Source: Azolla caroliniana (taxonomy: Eukaryota > Plantae > Polypodiophyta). Taken from it: a DNA stretch of 64,000 nucleotides. This document shows positions 25,283-38,060 of the stretch, piece by piece. The notes under the pieces were generated by a model, which did no database searches, was not told the DNA's origin, and worked only from the letters and a program-made list of their open reading frames with translations. The position numbers and the translations under genes were made by a program. How positions within the stretch are numbered: the stretch's first letter is position 1; every line of letters starts with the position of its first letter. The DNA is taken from positions 15,934,001-15,998,000 of the forward strand of contig JBHGNT010000005.1 of assembly GCA_043228905.1 (NCBI GenBank), read 5' to 3'.

Positions 25283-26244
25283 TACTATTTATAAATTTGT
25301 TTCTTCATCCGGTGAGAGTCTCTCACCGGCCTTCTTTATCCGGCTTTGGCCGGTTCTGCTTGATCCGGTTCTTACCGGGTCCTCCTTGCTGGTTCCTCCT
25401 TCATCCGGTTCTCACCGGTTCTCCTGATCGGGTCCTCCTTATCGGGTCCTCCTTCATCCGGTTCTCACCGGTTCTCCTTACCGGTTCCTCCTTGTCCCAT
25501 TCGGAGGAACCAAAATGCAATTTTCACATAGTGTGCGAATTACAGTACGACACTCGCCCCCTCCAAACCCACACATCCTCTGGTATATGCCGATGTTCCC
25601 GATGCTCATTATTCGCCTTCATCCGTAGCACTCTCCGATTCTCCCCTTATGTCGACTACGAGTTGAAGTCCACTTTCTTGTTGTCGGCATGTTGCTTCCC
25701 CTATGTCTTCCGGTCTTCCTTCTAGTTGTCGTATCCGGACCGCTAGTAGTTCTTCCCGGCTCATCTCTTCCGTCCACGGTAGCATTGTCCATCTCGCGAT
25801 CGCGGTTTCCGTCGGCATTACCGGTGCTTGTCTGGTCATAAGTTCTGTCGGCATATAACCGGTTACGGAGGTATGCGTCGTCCGATCCTCCCATAGTGCA
25901 TTCGGGAGCATCTGCGGCCAATCCTTCACCCTTCCGTCGCATGCTTTGGCAAGTGCTTTGACGATCGGAGTATGTCCTCATTCGATTTTCCTGTTGGCCT
26001 CCGGATTGTATGTCGTTGTTAGTGTTAACTGAACTCCATGTTTGGTGAAGAATTCCCTAACTTTATCAGAGTCGAGTTCTCCTTGATCCGCAATCACTTG
26101 TCCTACGCACCCGTACTTGCAAAACACCTCCTCCAAAAGAAATTGGCATACCGCTGTCGTAGTGTATTTCGTACACTACGTGAAAAAGTAAAAATAATAT
26201 AACCGATTTAATTACATATAAATAAATAAAATAAGAATATCAAA

Positions 26245-26330
26245 ATATTTATCCCGTGCATAGGGCAAGATTCGAACCTTGTACCTCCATGTAACCAAAC
26301 CTCAACTTTACCATTATGCTACCTTATCTT
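26245..26330 (-). promoter_or_regulatory. tRNA-like A/B-box cassette in D' 5' LTR (second copy at 29005-29090)
   Basis: Minus strand TAGCATAATGG (26321-26311) and GGTTCGAATCT (26278-26268); copy TAGCATAATGG / GGTTCAAATCC at 29081 / 29038. Confidence 0.65.
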
Positions 26331-26910
26331 TAGTGTTCTATAAATAGATTTAATAACTATAAGTGCTTTATTTGCACCTACCTTTATTAAAAGGTAAATC
26401 GTGCATTTTTAGAGTGCGTGAATATTTTATAGAAAAACGCAAGCAACTAAAAAGTGACTCATGCACATCTAGCGTGCATGAGCACTATATTTAGCAAATA
26501 AAAGCAAGGATTAGAAAAGCATCACATGCACATTTAGTGTGCATGAACATATTAGAAAAAAAGCATGTAGCTATGCTTAGTCTCTCCCATCACTACATAA
26601 GGATGGGGAGCACAATGTAATAGGTGTGTGAAATATTTGGGAAATTGGATATATTTCCTAAAACACCAATTAATAAAATATACTCGTGGGATTCACGAAG
26701 TTTAAGATAATCTATCTCTTTCAATCTAAATTCATATTCTTACATAAATATTGATTAATGTAATACTTGTGGGATTCACAAGATTAGCCTCAAATTCTTC
26801 CTCCTCCTAGTCCAAAACCCCGGTGGTTCCCACCCGACTCACGCAACGATCCGGAGCCGAAAGGCACGACACAAGTTGGTGAACCCGACGTGAAGGCGGG
26901 TGGCAAGGAG

Positions 26911-28962
26911 ATGGAGAATCAACAAGAGGCAATGAGCATAACGATGATGATGATGTTCGAGTGGATGCTACAAGAACAACGAGCGATGTCGGAGATGAAG
27001 GCGGCAGTAGAGCGGCTTCTGCGACGAAACGGGGAATTCAACGGTAAGGGTGTGTCACGCTACCTACGTGAATATAAGGCGGAGATGATGCAATATCGGA
27101 TACCGGAAGGATTGCAAGTGATATCCTTTAGTCGGGTGGCCTCGGACGAACTACAAGAGAGAATCCACAAGATACAACAACAAAACTCGACATGGGAGTC
27201 CTTTGAAGAAGCTTTACGGGAGGCATATGACTATGAGAGATGGACGGGACGAGATCGACGAGAATTCGACGAATGGGTGGCGTCGGAGAAGACTCACCGA
27301 AGTGCAACGCAAGCGTTCCTAGAGTTCGAGCATCGTTTTGCTCGACTCTCGGAGCGGGAACGAAGATTGGTGGGAGGAGATAAAGTCTTAATGTTCGTAA
27401 GATCGATCGATCGGAAAGAAAGGATGGACATTGGGATCGAACTCGAAGATGATGACGGTGCGAACGGCCTTACCGAGGATTGGGCTAAAGTCGAAAGGGT
27501 ATGCCGAAGACATGATGAAAGGAAGCTGAGAATCTCGTCAACAACGACATGGCCCATGAAGGATGGTCGATTGAGGAAAAACGATGAAGCCAATATGAAG
27601 GCCGAAATACAACATGATGGTACCACGGGAGAAAGAGTGGAACAAGACACCCACTCGTCTTGTGAAAGAACGATGGCGAAGGATAAGGCCGATAATTCAA
27701 GTGTAGAAGAAGATTTCGGGATACAAGTGCCCGAGACATCGGGTCAAAAAGGGGTAAGCATAATAGATGTTTGCATAATTGATGCAGATAAAGAGTGTGA
27801 AGCGGATGTGATTAAGGAGGTAGCCACAAAAGACGAAATCGAATCGGAGGTGGCTATGGACGAATCAATGGCGGATTGCCATATCGAGACTTCCCCACCA
27901 CTGATTCTAGAGACTCCGGCGGTTGCGTTCGAAAGGCAACGTGAGACCGAAGAGACGGAAGGTGGCGGAGAGAAAACAAAGGTCGAAGTCGATGCATACG
28001 ACGGAGAGATAGCCGAGAATATGGCTATGGGTGAAACAATGGAGGATGATAATACCGAGGATTCCTACCCACTAATTCTAGGGACTTCGGCAGTTGTGTC
28101 CGAGAACCAACGTGAGACCGGAGAGACGGGAGGTGGCAGCAAGAAAGGTAAAGTCGGAAGCCGGTTTGGATGGAAGGTGATCCGGACGGGATTCCGATCC
28201 GAAAGAAAGCCGAACCGGGTAAAAGAGGATTCGACCAAAAGTCGACCCGAAAGAAAGCCGAACCGAAAGGAAGAGAATTCGGCTGAAAGACGACACAAAC
28301 GAAAGCCGAACCGGGCGAATGAGGATTCGGCCGAAAGACGACCCGAAAGAAAGCCGACCCGAAAAGGGGTCGACTCGGTCAAAACCGATCGACTGAGTCT
28401 GACTTGGCCGAACGCGAATATGGATGGAAGCCGACCTAGCCGAAAGCCGATCGGACGAGACCGATCCGGAAAGAAGCTAATCCGACTCAATCGGAGGTTG
28501 GACCGGTCAAGGCTGGTGAAAACGAGGAAAAGAAAGCCAACTGAAACCGAAACCGATAGATCGAAACCGGGCCGGAAGGAGACCGACTCAATCGAAACCG
28601 AACAACCGATTCCGATTCGGCCGAATACGAATCCGATCGGAAGCCGATCAAACCGAAAGTCAATCGGACGAGAGCGATCCGGAAAAAATTCAAGGTTGAT
28701 GAAGACAAGAAAGAGCCCAGTAAAAGACACTACCACGAATGAACAAAGAATATGGTGGATCGGATGGCGACAATGGTTCGGGTGGAAAGAATGGGTCTAC
28801 TCAAAATGGAGAGACAAAGTTGACATAGCGGGACAAACGGAGGATGAAGGGGAGACAACGAGCATCGGCAACTTCGGCACATACCGGAGGATGTGCGGGT
28901 TTGGAGGGGGCGAGTGTCGTAGTGTATTTCGTACACTACGTGAAAAAGTAAAAATAATATAA
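26911..28962 (+). CDS. Intact 683-aa gag-derived protein: gag N-terminal domain, acidic region, Arg/Lys-rich repeats; stop lies inside the 3' LTR
   Basis: MFEWMLQEQ...FNGKGVSRYLREYK matches D gag (MFEWMLQEQ...FNGKDVSRYLRDYK); no stops; no protease, RT or integrase motifs. Confidence 0.85.
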   Translation: MENQQEAMSITMMMMFEWMLQEQRAMSEMKAAVERLLRRNGEFNGKGVSRYLREYKAEMMQYRIPEGLQVISFSRVASDELQERIHKIQQQNSTWESFEEALREAYDYERWTGRDRREFDEWVASEKTHRSATQAFLEFEHRFARLSERERRLVGGDKVLMFVRSIDRKERMDIGIELEDDDGANGLTEDWAKVERVCRRHDERKLRISSTTTWPMKDGRLRKNDEANMKAEIQHDGTTGERVEQDTHSSCERTMAKDKADNSSVEEDFGIQVPETSGQKGVSIIDVCIIDADKECEADVIKEVATKDEIESEVAMDESMADCHIETSPPLILETPAVAFERQRETEETEGGGEKTKVEVDAYDGEIAENMAMGETMEDDNTEDSYPLILGTSAVVSENQRETGETGGGSKKGKVGSRFGWKVIRTGFRSERKPNRVKEDSTKSRPERKPNRKEENSAERRHKRKPNRANEDSAERRPERKPTRKGVDSVKTDRLSLTWPNANMDGSRPSRKPIGRDRSGKKLIRLNRRLDRSRLVKTRKRKPTETETDRSKPGRKETDSIETEQPIPIRPNTNPIGSRSNRKSIGRERSGKNSRLMKTRKSPVKDTTTNEQRIWWIGWRQWFGWKEWVYSKWRDKVDIAGQTEDEGETTSIGNFGTYRRMCGFGGGECRSVFRTLREKVKII

Positions 28963-31900
28963 ACGATTTAATTACATATAAATAAATAAAATAAGAATAT
29001 CAAAATATTTATCACGTGCATAGGGCAGGATTTGAACCCTGTACCTCCACGTAGCCAAACCTCAACTTTACCATTATGCTACCTTATCTTTAGTGTTCTA
29101 CAAGTAGATTTAATAACTATAAGTGCTTTATTTGCGCCTACCTTTATTAAAAGGTAAACCATGCATTTTTAAAGTGCGTGAATATTTTATAGAAAAACGC
29201 AAGCAACTAAAAAGTGACTCATGCACATCTAGCGTGCATGAGCACTATATTTAGCAAATAAAAGCAAGGATTAGAAAAGCATCACATGCACATTTAGTGT
29301 GCATGAACATATTAGAAAAAAAAGCATGTAGCTATGCTTAATCTCTCCCATCACTACATAAGGATGGGGAGCACAATGTAATTGTGTGTGAAATATTTGG
29401 GAAATTGGATATATTTCCTAAAACACCAATTAATAAAATATACTCGTGGGATTCACGAAGTTTAAGATAATCTATCTCTTTCAATCTAAATTCATATTCT
29501 TACATAAATATTGATTAATGTAATACTTGTGGGATTCACAAGGTTTGATCTCTTTTCTCAATCTACTCTAATCTATTCTAAATTATTTCAATTTATTACT
29601 ACGATTTAGATAAACTAAAACAATTATACTTGTGGGATTCACAAGTTTCTATATCTCTTTCTTATAATCTATTCATATTCATAACTAGATTAGCCTCAAA
29701 TTCTTCCTCCTCCTAGTCCAAAACCTCGGTGGTTCCCACCTGACTCACGCAACGATCCGGAGCCGAAAGGCACGACACCGCAGAACATGTTTTCCTTCGT
29801 AGCGCCTGACCTTCTACTTGATTTATGAGATCTTCCCGAGCTAACACCAAGTACTTCTTTTGTCCAATCCCGGTTGGCATGGCGACAATGTTGACCATCC
29901 ATTTGAAGTTGATTCTCGGTGAGAATGTCGGATGTAACTCATCTCGGTGTCGAACTCCGGAGTAGATTTGATACTTCTCGTAGCTTTCTGTGAACTTTGC
30001 TATATCTTTGTACATATTCTTCCACCAATATTTTTGTTTGATTTTCACAAAAGTTGCCCATGTCCCTCGATGTCCAACCCAATCGGATTCGTGAAACTCG
30101 GACATTATCCGGTTTCGTTGCTCTTTCGTCCCGACTACCCGAAGTGGCATGCCATCCGGTGTTTTCGGCTCCCTCCATATTAATCCATTTTTCAAGAAGA
30201 ACTTTTGGACTTGCCTCTTCTTCCTTCAGATCTCGGCTCTCTTCTCTTTGTTGTCCGGTGATTCCTCAATCTCTTGTAGCACCTTACCGATCATCAAGCT
30301 TTCTCCCTCGTATTCTTCTTATCAGAATTCTCGGATTACGTTTACTTGGCATATGTGCTCCAAAGCAAAGTAGTCTTCGGAAACTTCTTCATTATCAGAT
30401 TCGGCTATGTCGTCTCCGAACCGAGCCCTTGATAGCATATCCGCTACCACATTGTCTTTTTCGGAGATGTGTCGTACGTCCGGGTTATGCGACTTAACAT
30501 ATGCAATCCATCTTAGCATAACCACATCCGGTATCGTGCAACACCGCATCATCCCGAGTATCGGAAGACAATGCATTTTGATTTCTACCTCAGCTCCGAT
30601 CAAATAATCTCGATCCGATTTGATTGCCGACACGACTCCCCATAATTCTCTTTTGACTTGTGCATATCCGCATTACCTTTCGTTGAGAATCTTTGCCCTG
30701 AATCGGATCAGATATCGCAACCCATCCGAGTCAGCTTGATTGATGACCCATCCGATCCCGGTTGGACTTGTATCAACCGTTACTATGATTGGTCACTCAT
30801 AGCTCGGATTCTTAAGTGCTTCAACCCTCCGTAGTGTTTTCTTGAGCTTCTTCATGGCTTTGGTGTGTTCCAGTTTCCATTCAAACTTCTTCCCCTTCCG
30901 CAATAAGTGATAGAGTGGGTCCGCAATATGTGCATAGTGCGGAATCCATATGTGAAAAAATGCACAAGCTCCAAGAAACCTTCGGATTTCGGATTGTGAC
31001 TCGCATACTTCTTTCATAGCTTGAATCTCATCGATCTTGGTTGGTGACGGTCTTCGGCCGTAGGGCCCACATAGATTTCCGACTACCAATATTTCTTCTT
31101 GTCCGAATGCCGATTTCTCTCCGGAAAGTGTTAGGTGCACATCTTCTAACTTTATAGCACTTTCTCGCAATCGCGAATATGGTCGACTACAAATTGTCGG
31201 CATCCGTGATCATCCATAGTCTCATCTTTTTCTTCCACTGCGCATCCTTTCATTGGAATGTCATCTAGGAACGACATCGTTATCTCCGGAATGCAATCTC
31301 GAAGCACCTTGTTCATTGCATTCATCATATGTGCGACCGAGTTCGTTGCGCCTTGTGGTAGTGTCCACATACGAACTAATCCTATCGGGGTTTGCATGAT
31401 AGTGATGTCTCGGTTCTCCAAGGCTAGTTGGAATTGGTCATACCCAGAGTATAGGTCTCCGATGGAGTATATCGCGCGTCCGACAAATGCTTCCGCAAAT
31501 TCGTCCACTATTAGACTGACTCCGGAGTTTCGGATCGTGACCTTGTTCACCAGTTGCAAGTCTTGAATAAACCGGAGTGACCCATTCTTCTTCGGAACCG
31601 TAAACCATCGATTTGAGTACGGAGCGTTTGATGACTCTAGAATCGCCATCGCCACCTTCTCCTTGAGCAAGTCGATGATTTTGGGAATATGTGCCCGCGG
31701 CACCGGAATCGGCTTTAGGTTCCATGACACATGGGCAATCGTGAAGATCACCATCGACTCCACTATCTTCGGATCAACGCACCCTATCTCCTTCGATGTG
31801 AATGCAAATGCTTTCCCATGTTGTTCCAACATCCCACAGAATCGTTCTTCTTCATTTTGTAAAAGTAAACCACCTCCACCGATCCGAAGTTTCTTCTGTC

Positions 31901-34900
31901 TCCCGAGACTTCGTTCCTCTTTTGTTCACTATCGGCAAGTAGCGGTCCTGCGGCCGGTTTCACTTTCTTCTCCACGGTCATGTATTTTGTACTTACCATT
32001 GCTTCTTCTTTGCGGAGCGCATCCAGCCCCATTTTCGCAATGATCTCGTACATCTCGACTGATTCCACCGGAACTACCCAGTCTCCCTGGCTATTTTCTT
32101 TTGCAAGCTCTTCAAGCCGTTGTAGCGTGCTCCCATAGAACACTTCTTCGACTACTCCCACGATTTCTTTGTCTTCTTGCATTATTGATGCCAACCGTAA
32201 CTTATCTTCACTTTTCGGTATTCTTTCTTCATTCCTCCGGTTACGGCTGTGTACGTAGATGCCCCATTAGGACCGATTCATACTAGTTTTGCTCCGAGAG
32301 TTTTCTTCCTGTGTGGAGTATCAGGGCTTCTTGGGCTATCACTTCCCCACTTCGCAACAGTCCGCTCTAAAAATCCATCTTTTTTTGGGACAAGAGCTCC
32401 CCCTTGTTCCTTTCATGATTTGCAGGGACAGTTAGGAATTGGACGGATTTCCCTCCGCTTTGACTCCGAATTCTTGCGAAAGCCGCACCACTATCGAGCA
32501 CCTTCATCTCCATCCGTGATGCCGTGATAAAGGGTTGCCCGAGGATCACGGAGTGTGAGACCTCATCTTGCACAAAGAAATTTTGGTCTATCTCCACATC
32601 TCTGATCTTCACCGTCACATCCGGACAAGCCGCAAATAGGTCTTTTGTTGCTTTAGTGGTTGCCCGGATCTTCCATCCATGATTAGTATTAATAGGCCAC
32701 TTCCCCTTCTGGTAGAACTCCTTGGACATCAAGTTGATCTCCGATCCGTGATCAATCAATGCTAGCATAGGCTCTTTGATGTTGCCGATTCGGACCGGAG
32801 TCTCCATAGTTGCACGTGTCCAATGTGGCCTTGTGTAGTGGGAGTTCGGAATTTCGTCCTCCAATTCGGTGTAATTCATTAAAACGGTATTTGCATTCAC
32901 CCTTGCAGCATTTTCCTCCATACTTTGTCTTTTTCTCTTCAGGAGATCCACAAGAAGATCGTGGAACTCCTTCTTCGCTATTCCGAGTAATTCCCGAAGC
33001 GAAAATTCTACCCAACTATTGAGGATTCTCTCCTCGAACACCTTTTTCAAGTCCGGTTGTTGTTCTATGTCCGAGGCGAGCTTGAATGCCAGAATCTTCT
33101 TTTCTTTTCCCTTCCCTCCGGAGTTCCAGCTTTCCGGTGTCTTCGATGGTCCGCCCGCATCATCCGTGCGCCGTCATTTCTCGTCTATATACACTTCATG
33201 CAATTGACATTAGGCGTACACACTATTCTTATCGATGGGGCACTCCCATCCCGTAGCTTCACGAATGCCTTCCGCGGTGCTTCGGACCTCATTGGAGTCG
33301 GTTTTCTCAGGGTTTTCTAGCACATCTGGCCAAAAAGACGCCTTTGCTCCCGATGACTCACCGACACTTATTCCCGCGGTTGTTGCATAATTACCTTTCG
33401 CCGCTATTTCCTCCTCTAGGACCTTCTTCATGCCACCTTTCCGGATGTTTGGTGGGAGTGGCTTCCAAGAGTCCATCGAATGAATCTGATTTCCCTCGTA
33501 GTAGATAAGATCTTGTCGTAACGCCTCCTTGTGCTCGTCGCAATCCCTCCGATCATGTTTGGTATTATCACACCATATACACCGACGGTCCATATACTTG
33601 GAACTTGTGGGACAGTCATCCGACTTCTTCACCATCGCGATTTTTAGATTCTCCATATCCTTCAGTAGCTGCTCCACCATGGTTCCGTCGATTCCCTTCT
33701 CGGTCGTAGTCTCACGAGCCCACAGTTGATGGTCTTCCAGTCTGGATCTTGGTTTCGGAATCGGTTCCGAAACCCTCTTTTCTTCATTAGCAAGCTCTTG
33801 CCCCCTCTTCGTGTATCGCGCGACGATATTCCGCAGGCTTTCCCATGTTTCGGTGAGGCCACTCTTAATGGTCGTATCCTCCAAAAGCACTCCAAGATCT
33901 TTCCGGTCCCGGATGTCCACGACTCTTAGGAACATGATCACTTTGTTCGGTGCGAGGATAACTTGATCAATCTCTCGCAGACAACTTCCCAAACCGACTT
34001 TCGAATGACAAAAACACATCCAGGACCTTCATCCCCTTATCTGGTGTTTCCACCCAATCTTCGAATCCCCTCCTCATTGCCTTGGAGGAGTCCTCAATGG
34101 CGAACGTGGTCTTTAGCGCCTCTTCAAATGCCTCCCATGTCGGATTTTGCTGCCGTATCCCATGGATACTCCCTTGAAGCCCGTCAGTCGCCACCCGATT
34201 GAAGGATGTCACTTGCAGTCCTTCCGAAATCCCGCACTGTAGCATTTCCACCTTGTAATCTCGCAAATACCGCGACACATCTTTCCCATTGAATTGCCTG
34301 TTCCGTTGTACGACCCGCTCTACTACCGCCACATTGTTCTTGTAGCATCCACTCGAACATCGCCCTCATGTTGTTAGCCTCTGGTTAAATTTCCATCTCC
34401 TTGCCACCCGGTTTCACGTCGGGTGTGTCGTGCCTTTCAGCTCCGGATCGTTGCGTGAGTCGGGTGGGAACCATTGAGGTTTTGGACTAGGAGAAAGAAG
34501 AATACAATATAAGGCTAGTTATGAATAGGTAGAAAGAGAAGTAAGAAATAAAAACTTATGAATCCCATGTGTTTAGTGTATTTAACCAATGTCTAGATTG
34601 TAAGAAAGAGAATTTTTATAGTAAAATCGTGAATACCACGAATATATTAGATTGATCAATCCTTGTAAAAAAATCAACGACATCATACATCTTTCTCTCC
34701 TCATATAAGGATGGAAGAGGCTAAGCATAGCTTCATGCTTTTTCTAAAGTATTCATGCACACTAAATGTGCATGAGTTGCTTTTCACACTATGTTTTTAT
34801 TTCCTAAATATAGTGCTCATGCTCGCTAGATGAGCACGAGTAATTTTTTATTGGTGTACATTTTTCTTATAAATAAAGTATTCACACATTCTAAAAATGC

Positions 34901-36009
34901 ATGATTTACCTTTTAATAAGGGTAGGCGTAAATAAAGCTCTTATATATATTAAATCTATATTTAGAACACTTAGGATAAGTTAGTACAATGGTAAGGTTG
35001 GGGTTTGTCTACGTTGAGGTACAGGGTTTGAATCTTGCCCTATGCATGTAACAATCTACTATTTATAAATTTATTTCTTCATTCTGTGAGAGACTCTCAC
35101 CGGCCTTGTTTATCCGGCTCTTGCCGGTTTTGCTTGATCGGTTCTTACCGGGTCTCCTTACCGGGTCCTCCTTCATCCGGTTCTCCTTAGCGGCTCCTCC
35201 TTACTGTTTCCTCCTTCATCCGGTTCTCATCGGTTCTCCTTACCAGGTCCTCCTTACCGGTTCCTCCTTACCGGTTCCTCCTTGTCCCATCCGGAGAAAC
35301 CAAAATGCAATTTTCACGTAGTGTGCGAATTACACTACGACAACGAGTACCCCGGAGTATGATAAATTTTTCTTCATGATCAGACTTTGGACTCATATCT
35401 CCCTCTCCTAAGATCATTTCATCTTCAGATTGTAACAAAAGTACATGATATTAGTCAATGCATTAGGTTGACAACTGTCCAGATAGGTGAGAACATATAT
35501 GACTCACCATTGCATTCAACTTTGCCTTTCTTGCCCTTTCCATACAACTTCCTTGTAGCATTCCTTTTCTTAATGGGCTCTTTTTTAAAGACATCAGGCA
35601 TTCAAGATACACACAAATGAGAAATAAGATTTGAAACCACAATTTGTGTTACCTAGATTGTTGTGATGTTGACCAAAGCTTGGGGAATTTGTTTGCAGAA
35701 GCATATGTTCGACTGCTCCAATGGCCCTTCTCATACATGCATCTTCATCATAAAACTCATAGGTTACTGGTAATGAAGGTCCTTGAACCTTGGAATGTGC
35801 AACAGATACTAAGGGTTTAGGCACAAGAGTTGGTTGTTCCATTACCTTCCCTGGCGTGGAGTTGCTTGACATGACAACATTCATTGCAAGAAATAAAAAA
35901 ACCTTCAACATTAGTACCTTGCTATAAAATATACAATGTAGGTCACATCTTTAGTCCGTTTGAGCGTAATTGATGCACCCACCACCAAGAGCTGCAATAT
36001 TAAATCATC

Positions 36010-36790
36010 AGGCTACACCTAGTTCCCATATTACACAACTAGTACTAATCGTGAACAATGTACTACTCACCTAGTTCCCAAATTACACAACTAGTACTAA
36101 TCGTGAACAATGTACTACTCACCTAGTTCCCAAATTACACAACTAGTACTAATAGTGAACAATGTACTACAAGTATAGTGTGTACTACACTAGTACTGGG
36201 CAAGTTGTAATATAGATTGGACTAACATCTAATCCAACAAATACATCTAAACATCTTCCTACTTTAGTACTAAAGTGGTATTTTGCACACAAGTAATACT
36301 AATCGTGATATGTGTTCTACACACCTTGTTCCCAAATTATATAACTAGTACTAATCGTGAAACATTTTTTACACACCTTGTTCCCAAATTACATAACTAG
36401 TACTAATCGTGAATAATGTACTACACACCTAATTCCCAAATTACACAAATAGTAATAATAGTGAACAATGTACTACAAGTATAGTGTGTACTGCACTAGT
36501 ATTGAGCAAGTTGTAATATAGATTGGACAAACAAATTATCCAACAAATACATCTAAACAACTTTCTTCTTTAGTAGTAAAGTGGTATTTTGCACACAAGT
36601 AATACTAATTGTGATATGTGTTCTACACACCTAATTTCCAAATTACACGAATAGTACTAATTGTTAACAATGTTCTACAGACCATGTTCTCAAATTACAT
36701 AACTAGTACCAATCCTGAACAATGTACTACACACCTTGTTCCCAAAATACTGAAATTATAGTACTAATTGTGGAAAAGTTCCATACAACT
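36010..36790. repeat. About 52-bp tandem repeat with a higher-order ~300-bp duplication, AGTACT-rich
   Basis: CACCTAGTTCCCAAATTACACAACTAGTACTAATCGTGAACAATGTAC repeated; 36160-36330 resembles 36470-36630. Confidence 0.85.
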
Positions 36791-37079
36791 ACCCATACTA
36801 ATTATATATTAAGACTTGAAAACCATTCTTGATTGACATCAGAGTACTACACACCTATCGGGATGTAATGAATGCACTAGTACTAACCCACATAAATAGG
36901 GTTCCACATATTAGTTGTTGGAGAGACACTAATACTAATCCATTGTTTTCCTAATTTGAAATATGAATTGTGTGTGGCCTACACAAGTTCTAAACCAAAT
37001 GTAAATTGACATCATATAATACAAACAATAGAATAGTAGAGCCACATACCGTACAAATGTACTTTTAAACCCCAAGCAT

Positions 37080-38060
37080 ACTACCATTTAGCAACAACTA
37101 TACTTTTACAGTCCATACATGTATTTGTTTTTTCTCAAAATGGTAATTAGCACATAGCACATGATATGTGTGCAAGCACGGTGTAATCACAACATCCATA
37201 GCCTCAAGCTTGAATCTGAGGCCACAAAATATACACCTGGTAGTAAAAATAAATAACTTATAAAGCGAATATCGTGATATAGCTATACTTGTAATGGTAC
37301 TTTCCATACCACGTGGGTGCTCAATTGTAGATGGACCGAGAGTTTCAAAACCTTTCTGTTTTAAATCCTGCATCAATCACGCAAGGTTCTCGGAATGTAG
37401 CTTTAAAGCTGACAACTTATTATCTAGTTTGCAATGTGCACTTCTGCAAGTATCAAGGTCTCTCATTTGTGTTCAACTCTTTCTTCAACTCCTCTTTCAA
37501 CACCTCACTTTTTGAATTTTTGTTTGTCGATGCAATCCATTCGTATGTAGTCTTTATTGAAGAGAATTGCTTTTCTACCTGTATCTCAGCTGATTTAACT
37601 GCTTCCAAATCAGCAAGCAGTGCTTGTATTATTGATCTCATGGATGCTATGCAACTGGCCATCATTTGTTCATGCTTTTCAGTCATTGTGGCCCTAATTT
37701 TTGCAGATTCAACTTGGTGGACAAGTGTCCTAGACGGAATATCGACATGAGAGGTTCCCGATGACTTCAAGCTAGTGTTGGTACTGGAGGACCCTCTATA
37801 ATGTTCTGATCGGAGACAACTAAAATCTTCCCAATCTACGTCGATGCCACCCTAAACTTCACATGCAGATGCACGTGCAAAAATAGTACTCGTCTCATTG
37901 TTACAGATTTGTTTAGTATCATAAACATGTTCATGTATCTTGTCTTCAATAAGTTCATATATTCCTTCTTCAACCCACTTATATGGAATCCTCACCTTGT
38001 ATCGGGATGTGATGACCCCCTGGTTTTTATCAACCACTCTCTTAGCACTTCATAAACTTC
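37080..38060 (-). pseudogene. Accessory gene of the Sola2-like element: unknown domain, coiled coil, RING-like finger
   Basis: KIHEHVYDTKQICNNETSTIFARASACEV*GGIDVDW; helical ALLADLEAVKSAE...LKEELKKEL; CIFCG...PCLHTYHVLC. Confidence 0.65.

Larger units (their letters stand above)
26155..29777 (+). mobile_element. Non-autonomous gag-only LTR element D'; LTRs 26155-26871 and 28915-29777; perfect 4-bp TSD CCGC
   Basis: CCGC at 26151-26154 and 29778-29781, whose removal restores host integrase TCSAVCQF; 18-nt PBS TGGTGAACCCGACGTGAA 26877-26894; PPT GGAGGGGGCGAG. Confidence 0.95.
24646..35342 (-). mobile_element. Ty3/gypsy element D (related to C; decayed), LTRs 24646-25552 and 34426-35342
   Basis: Near-identical ~910-bp TGTCG...CGACA LTRs; PPT 25553-25570; partial tRNA-Trp PBS 34413-34424; gag CIWCDNTKHDRRDC, LIDHGSEIN, LPQGATNS/FLDD, GHRGTWAT; flanks ACGT/ACGA. 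Confidence 0.94.

Noticed and set aside
25297-25725. ORFs across CCGGTTCTCCTT repeats (also 35106-35321)
   Set aside because: They lie in short tandem repeats of the D LTR and are open only because of low complexity
28065-28736. 223-aa minus-strand ORF
   Set aside because: Shadow of the repetitive plus-strand D' ORF; low-complexity F/R/S sequence
36010-36790. CRISPR-like array (also 8930-9500 and 61420-61895)
   Set aside because: Units are contiguous degenerate tandem copies without unique spacers; no cas genes; eukaryotic context
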